Source: an uncultured Spirochaetota bacterium
GTDB lineage: Bacteria; Spirochaetota; Spirochaetia; SZUA-6; Fen-1364
Assembly: GCA_963745235.1 (NCBI GenBank)
Contig: CAVUXE010000052.1
Location: 224,001 to 288,000, forward strand
DNA: 64,000 nt
Direction: 5' to 3'
Part shown: positions 59,098 through 64,000 of the stretch, one piece after another
Layout: the number at the start of each line of letters is the position of its first letter
Position numbering within the stretch: position 1 is the first letter of the stretch
Translations under genes and position numbers: made by a program
Notes under the pieces: model-generated
Database searches by the model: none
What the model saw: only the letters and a program-made list of their open reading frames with translations
Told to the model about the DNA's origin: nothing

Positions 59098-60162
59098 ATG
59101 GGTATGCTGTTCACACCTTTGACGATTCGTGAGATCACGCTTCGAAACCGTATCTGCGTCTCTCCCATGTGCCAGTACTCATGCCAGGACGGCTTTGCCA
59201 CTGACTGGCACCTCGTCCACCTCGGCAGCCGGGCCGTGGGCGGAGCGGCGCTCGTCTTCACGGAGGCCACTGCCGTGACCGCGCAGGGACGGATCAGCGC
59301 GCATGACCTTGGCATCTGGAAGGACGAGCACATCCCCGCGCTGGCACGGGTTGCGCACTTCGTCGCGGCACAGGGAGCGCTGCCCGGCATCCAGCTTGCG
59401 CATGCCGGCAGAAAGGCTTCCGTCGCGGTCCCCTGGGACGGCGGAGGCCCGGTTGCGGAAGCGGGAGGCGGTTGGCGGACCGTGGGCCCCAGCCCTCTCC
59501 CCTTTGCCCAGGGATACCAGGCCCCTGACGAGCTGTCCCCCGCGGGCATCTCGGAGGTGGTTGCCGCCTTTGCGGCCGCTGCCCGGCGGGCTCTGGAGGC
59601 CGGCTTCCAGGTCCTGGAAATCCACAACGCACACGGATACCTCCTGCACGAGTTCCTCTCCCCGTTGTCGAATCATCGCACCGACCGATACGGCGGCTCC
59701 CTGGAAAACCGCATGCGCCTGCCGCGCGAGGTCGCGGCGGCGGTGCGCGCCGTGGTGCCGGGGCGTCTCCCCCTGTTCGCCAGGATCTCCTGCTCTGACT
59801 GGGTGGAAGGGGGCTGGGACATTGAGCAATCAGTGGAGCTCGGACGCGCGCTGAAGCAGGAGGGAGTGGACCTCATAGACTGCTCTTCCGGCGGCAACGT
59901 CATGGAGGCGCAGATCCCCTTCGGGCCGGGCTATCAAACCGGCTTTGCGGAACGCATCCGGCGCGAGTCGGGTATCCCTACCGGATCCGTCGGCCTCATT
60001 ACGTCGGCCCAGCAGGCGGATCACGTCCTTCGAACAGGACAGGCGGACGTGGTCATCATGGCCCGACAGCTCCTGAGAGATCCATACTGGCCGCTTCGCG
60101 CGGCGGCTGAGCTGAAAGCGCAGGCTCCCTGGCCCAACCAGTACCTCCGCGCCAGGGTCTGA
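59098..60162 (+). CDS. NADH:flavin oxidoreductase, Old Yellow Enzyme (YqjM/NamA-like)
   Basis: SPMCQYS, QLAHAGRKAS, HNAHGYLLHEFLSP, YGGSLENR, LRDPYWP, WPNQYLR. Confidence 0.95.
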   Translation: MGMLFTPLTIREITLRNRICVSPMCQYSCQDGFATDWHLVHLGSRAVGGAALVFTEATAVTAQGRISAHDLGIWKDEHIPALARVAHFVAAQGALPGIQLAHAGRKASVAVPWDGGGPVAEAGGGWRTVGPSPLPFAQGYQAPDELSPAGISEVVAAFAAAARRALEAGFQVLEIHNAHGYLLHEFLSPLSNHRTDRYGGSLENRMRLPREVAAAVRAVVPGRLPLFARISCSDWVEGGWDIEQSVELGRALKQEGVDLIDCSSGGNVMEAQIPFGPGYQTGFAERIRRESGIPTGSVGLITSAQQADHVLRTGQADVVIMARQLLRDPYWPLRAAAELKAQAPWPNQYLRARV

Positions 60163-60190
60163 AACCCGTCCCCGTGGCCGCGAAAACCGT

Positions 60191-60886
60191 ATGGATGAGC
60201 AGGACAAGGCACTGATCCAGCCGGGGAGCAAACCTGACGCCGCGGTCATTCTCCTGCATGGCCTCGGCGCGGACGGCCACGACTTCGAGCCGCTCGCGCC
60301 GGAGTTGAATCTGCCCGACGCGCCGTCGATACGGTGGGTCTTCCCTCACGCGCCCGTGCGGCCCGTCACCGTCAACGGCGGATACAGGATGCGCGCCTGG
60401 TACGATATCATCGCCCTGGACCCCGAGGCTCCCGAAGACGAAACCGGGATTCGCGAAGCGGCGCGGACTGTCGGCTCTTTCATCCGTGCCGAGCGGGAGC
60501 AGGGAATCCCGGATCACAGGATTGTCCTTGCCGGCTTCTCGCAAGGCGGGGCCGCGGCGCTGTTCACGGCGCTGCGGTGGCCAGAGCGTCTTGCCGGGGT
60601 TGTCGCCTTGTCCTGCTACCTTCCCCTTCCGGGACGGTTGACCGCGGAGGCCCACCCGGCGAACAAGGCTGTGCGTATCTTCATGGCGCATGGGACGGCT
60701 GACCCGGTTGTGCCGCTCCCGTTCGGGGAAGCGGCAAGAGATCAGCTGACGGCCATGGGATGCGACGTGGAGTGGCACACCTACCAGATCCAGCACGGCC
60801 TGTGCGCGCAGGAGGTGGGAGACTTGAGGGCGTGGCTCCTGGGCGTCCTTCCCGGACTTACTTCGGAGCCACCGTCATCTCACTGA
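60191..60886 (+). CDS. Carboxylesterase/phospholipase (alpha/beta hydrolase family 2)
   Basis: LHGLGADG, MRAWYDI, GFSQGG, HGTADPVV, catalytic His. Confidence 0.93.
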   Translation: MDEQDKALIQPGSKPDAAVILLHGLGADGHDFEPLAPELNLPDAPSIRWVFPHAPVRPVTVNGGYRMRAWYDIIALDPEAPEDETGIREAARTVGSFIRAEREQGIPDHRIVLAGFSQGGAAALFTALRWPERLAGVVALSCYLPLPGRLTAEAHPANKAVRIFMAHGTADPVVPLPFGEAARDQLTAMGCDVEWHTYQIQHGLCAQEVGDLRAWLLGVLPGLTSEPPSSH

Positions 60887-62153
60887 CCGCTGATCGAAGC
60901 TTCTCCTGCATCTTTTTGATGTCGCCGCTGAAGATGTATGAAATGGCGAGCAGGAGCAGGGCGCAGGGAACCCACATGGCTGCGGAGATGCTCAAGGCCG
61001 CCCCCATTCCGAGGGCCACCGAAAGAACGCCTCCGACGAGCTTGCCGAGTCCTGTGCCCACGGAATCCGTCAGGTTGAAGATCGAAAAGATGGATCCCCG
61101 GTTTTCCGGCACGTTCACATCCAGCAGCATTGTCTTCACGTTCGGGTTGGTGATCATGGCGATGAAGGAGGCAAGAAGGCCAAGGATCAGCATGAGAGGC
61201 AGGTTCCTTCCCAGGGGCAGAATGAAAATGACCACCGCTATCAGGGCCCCGGCGAAGGTCGTAGCCGAGCACAGGAGCGGAAGATGGGAAGCCGTGCGCT
61301 TGAACAGGGCGCCTCCCCACAGCCCGCCGACAATTGTTCCGATGGTTGCCCCGACGCCGAAGAACAGGAACACCGTGGTCGCTTCCTGGATGGTAAAGCC
61401 CCGGTCCTCGCTCAGAAACTTCACGAGGAAGAGCGGGATTGCGCCCCAGGGAATTGTGCCGACGAGCCCCTGGATGAACAGGTACAGGTTGGTCTTCACA
61501 CGGAACAACTCGCGGTAATCTGAAAGCTTCATTGTCCGGGAATAGACGTAGCCGCCATCTATCAGCGCTTTCAAGGATTCTTCCGTGGCGCCCCGCCGGG
61601 GCTCGGAGACAAAGAAGTAGAAAAAGGGCAGGACGATCAATCCCGGCAACGCGGTGACCAGGAACGGAAACCGCCATCCGAAAGCGGGGCCGAGGTATCC
61701 GCCGAGGAGCTGGCCTAGTATCTGGCCCAACCCGATGACGGTGACCATCCACGTCACCGCGGATGCCCTTTCCTTCTCCCCGTACATGTCGCCGATCAGG
61801 GAGAAAATGGTCGGAAAGGAAACACCCACCCCGATGCCGGTGAGGATCCTGAGGATGAAGAACTGCGGGTAGTTCTGCACGAACGCGGTCAGCAGGCACG
61901 GGATCTGGCCGAGGAGGATGGAGTAGACAAACAGCAGCTTCCGGTTCTTCTTGTCCGTCAGGTATCCCCAGACGATGCTGACCACCGCTCCCAGGATGGT
62001 AAAGAGCCCGCTCATGAGGCCGATGGCGGCATCATTGACGCTGAACTCCTTTTCGATGAGCACGAGCGTGGAGTTCATCACGTTCTGGTCCGCGTTCAGG
62101 AATCCGACGATGATGATCATGAGCACAAGCGCAAGGGTCCTGCTGTTTTTCAT
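60858..62153 (-). CDS. MFS transporter
   Basis: About 12 TM helices; GYLTDKKNRK motif A; RILTGIG; GWRFPF. Confidence 0.92.
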   Translation of the reverse strand: MKNSRTLALVLMIIIVGFLNADQNVMNSTLVLIEKEFSVNDAAIGLMSGLFTILGAVVSIVWGYLTDKKNRKLLFVYSILLGQIPCLLTAFVQNYPQFFILRILTGIGVGVSFPTIFSLIGDMYGEKERASAVTWMVTVIGLGQILGQLLGGYLGPAFGWRFPFLVTALPGLIVLPFFYFFVSEPRRGATEESLKALIDGGYVYSRTMKLSDYRELFRVKTNLYLFIQGLVGTIPWGAIPLFLVKFLSEDRGFTIQEATTVFLFFGVGATIGTIVGGLWGGALFKRTASHLPLLCSATTFAGALIAVVIFILPLGRNLPLMLILGLLASFIAMITNPNVKTMLLDVNVPENRGSIFSIFNLTDSVGTGLGKLVGGVLSVALGMGAALSISAAMWVPCALLLLAISYIFSGDIKKMQEKLRSAVSEMTVAPK

Positions 62154-63769
62154 TTCCGGCTGCTCCTTTTTACAATCAGAACATCGTATGGTCCAAGATC
62201 GGAACCGTGGGTGTCGACGCCCGAGGCGTCTGGTCCCCGCGAGCGCAGCAATACGGTGCTCTCTTCATCTCCTGCAAGCTCCAGCTTTACCCGCTTGCCG
62301 GTAAAGTTCAAGGCGACGAGCACCTTTTCTGATGCGTCCAGCCTGAAGTACACAAGGGCGTTTGGAAGGTATTCCTCCACGAACCTGATCTCACCGGACT
62401 GGAGCGCGGGGCGCTTCTTCCTGAGCCAGATGAGCTCCCTGTAAAGGCTCAAGAGCGAGCCTGCGGATCCGGACTGGGTCCCCACATTGGCTTGCTTGAA
62501 GTCGCTGGCCACGGGAAGCCACGGCTTCCCGCCCGAGAAGCCGCCATTGGCGGAGCCGTCCCACTGCATGGGTGTCCGCGCCAGGTCCCGCCTGAATCTT
62601 CGAAACGGCCAGGTCTTCCTGCTGAGCGGGTCAACGAGGTCTTTTCTTCTCAGCCGGCCTCCGGTCATCCCGATCTCCTCTCCGTAGTACAGGAATGGCG
62701 TGCCGCGGAGGGTCATGAGCAGCGCCGCAGCAACCCGTGCACGCGCATCGGTCCATTTTCCCCTGCTGTACCTGAGACAGTGGCGCAGGTTGTCGTGGTT
62801 GCTGAGGGTGAATGCAGGCCAGGCGCCGGCGGGCAGTCGGCCATACCAGTTCGCCAGGGACCTGTGCATCCGGGTGGCGCTCCACGGCTGGAACAGAAAG
62901 TCGAAATAGAACACCAGGTGAAGAGCATCGTTGCCGCTGCCGTAGTACGCGGAGGAGATGGCGGGATCATCCGCGTAGACCTCGCCCACCATCATCCTTT
63001 CGCCATACGAGTCAGTGAGTGCCCGCAGCTCTTTGCACAGGTCAACGGTCTCCGGCCTGTTGCGGTCATAGACATGCTTGTGGAGGTCGATGCTTCCCAG
63101 GGAGAGCGGGTTGCTGCGCAGCCGGTCATCCTTGATGAACCAGTTGATGACGTCGAGCCGTAAGCCATCCACGCCCATGTCGAGCCAGTACCTGATCACG
63201 TCCAGCATCTCCCGCTTGAGCCCGGGGTTCCTCCAGTTCACTTCGGGCTGGTGCCGCGTGAAGGTTCCGAGATAGAACTCGCCGCGGGCCTCGTCATACC
63301 ACCATGCGTTTCGCAGCTCGAACTGCGAAAACCAGTTATTGGGCGGCCTCCCGTTCTTACCGGGGTGCCAGAGGTACCAGTCCGCCTTCGGGCCGTCCCT
63401 GCCGCGCCTGGATTCCTGGAACCAGGGATGCTCGTCGGAGGTGTGATTCAGGACAAGGTCTATGATGACATGGATTTTCCGCCCGTGAGCCTCAGAGAGA
63501 AGCTGCCTGAAATCCTGGAGCGTGCCGAACATCGGATCGATGTCCCGGTAATCGGAAACGTCGTATCCGAAGTCCCTCATGGGGGACCGGAAGAAAGGAG
63601 AAATCCACACCCCGTCCACGCCCAGGGACCTCTCGGTCCCGTCATTCAGGTAGTCAAGCTTTTCCCTGAGGCCTCTGAGGTCCCCGATCCCATCACCGTT
63701 GGAGTCCTTGAAGCTTCGAGGATATATCTGATAGAGGACGCCGGATTTCCACCATGGGTCGTGAGTCAC
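62150..63769 (-). CDS. GH13 alpha-glucosidase / oligo-1,6-glucosidase
   Basis: YQIYPRSF, DLVLNHTSD, GLRLDV, VGE, NHD, YYGEEIGM, RTPMQW. Confidence 0.95.
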   Translation of the reverse strand: MTHDPWWKSGVLYQIYPRSFKDSNGDGIGDLRGLREKLDYLNDGTERSLGVDGVWISPFFRSPMRDFGYDVSDYRDIDPMFGTLQDFRQLLSEAHGRKIHVIIDLVLNHTSDEHPWFQESRRGRDGPKADWYLWHPGKNGRPPNNWFSQFELRNAWWYDEARGEFYLGTFTRHQPEVNWRNPGLKREMLDVIRYWLDMGVDGLRLDVINWFIKDDRLRSNPLSLGSIDLHKHVYDRNRPETVDLCKELRALTDSYGERMMVGEVYADDPAISSAYYGSGNDALHLVFYFDFLFQPWSATRMHRSLANWYGRLPAGAWPAFTLSNHDNLRHCLRYSRGKWTDARARVAAALLMTLRGTPFLYYGEEIGMTGGRLRRKDLVDPLSRKTWPFRRFRRDLARTPMQWDGSANGGFSGGKPWLPVASDFKQANVGTQSGSAGSLLSLYRELIWLRKKRPALQSGEIRFVEEYLPNALVYFRLDASEKVLVALNFTGKRVKLELAGDEESTVLLRSRGPDASGVDTHGSDLGPYDVLIVKRSSRK

Positions 63770-63780
63770 AACGGACGGCC

Positions 63781-64000
63781 TCAGCGCGCCGGCACGATGT
63801 CGATGTGGCGGACCGCTTCCAGGTTGGGGCTCATCTCCCAGCGCCCTCGGGCGTTTCGACGGAATGGCACCACCATTGCAGCCGCGCCTCCGAAGACGGA
63901 GACTCGCAGCAGGTACGTCCCGCCGCCGCCGCGCGCCACCTCCATGTGGAGGCTCCCCGGGTCCGCTTCCGCGAACACCTGAAACGACATGACAGCCGTC
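63781..64000 (-). CDS. Hypothetical protein, 3' part (frame open to the window edge)
   Basis: Frame stays open upstream of the ATG at 63990; ends 11 bp before the GH13 start. Confidence 0.45.
   Translation of the reverse strand, partial: TAVMSFQVFAEADPGSLHMEVARGGGGTYLLRVSVFGGAAAMVVPFRRNARGRWEMSPNLEAVRHIDIVPAR

Overview
GC-rich spirochaete chromosome segment (Spirochaetia; the periplasmic-flagellar collar gene flbB, spirochaete-type FlgE and Treponema/Borrelia-like gene order point to this). 1-28.7 kb is one minus-strand core supercluster: mraZ-rsmH-ftsL-murF-mraY-ftsW-ftsQ-ftsA-ftsZ-xerD-dprA-topA-xerC-hslV-hslU-flgB-flgC-fliE-F-G-H-I-J-flbB-fliK-flgD-flgE-flbD-fliL-fliM-fliY'. motAB is absent from its usual place between flbD and fliL, and FlgE has Ser at the lysinoalanine Cys position. 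28.8-49.5 kb holds housekeeping and metabolic genes (STAS/HATPase-HDOD pair, M23 peptidase, cdd, recN, nadK, pcm, usp, ldh, gnd, aminotransferase and oxidoreductases). 49.6-54.3 kb is the most unusual part, a compact putative signalling system: a methyltransferase-like/GNAT-like possible signal synthase, a membrane PP2C phosphatase fused to an anti-sigma-type kinase, a STAS protein, a convergent class III adenylate cyclase and a non-canonical PII protein. 54.5-64 kb contains a sugar ABC transporter, DUF72, an Old Yellow Enzyme, an esterase, an MFS transporter and a GH13 glucosidase. Many single-base indels, including in essential ftsZ and topA, look like long-read or assembly errors. I saw no rRNA, tRNA, CRISPR array or transposase. 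Family assignments come from motif recognition only; no database search was run.
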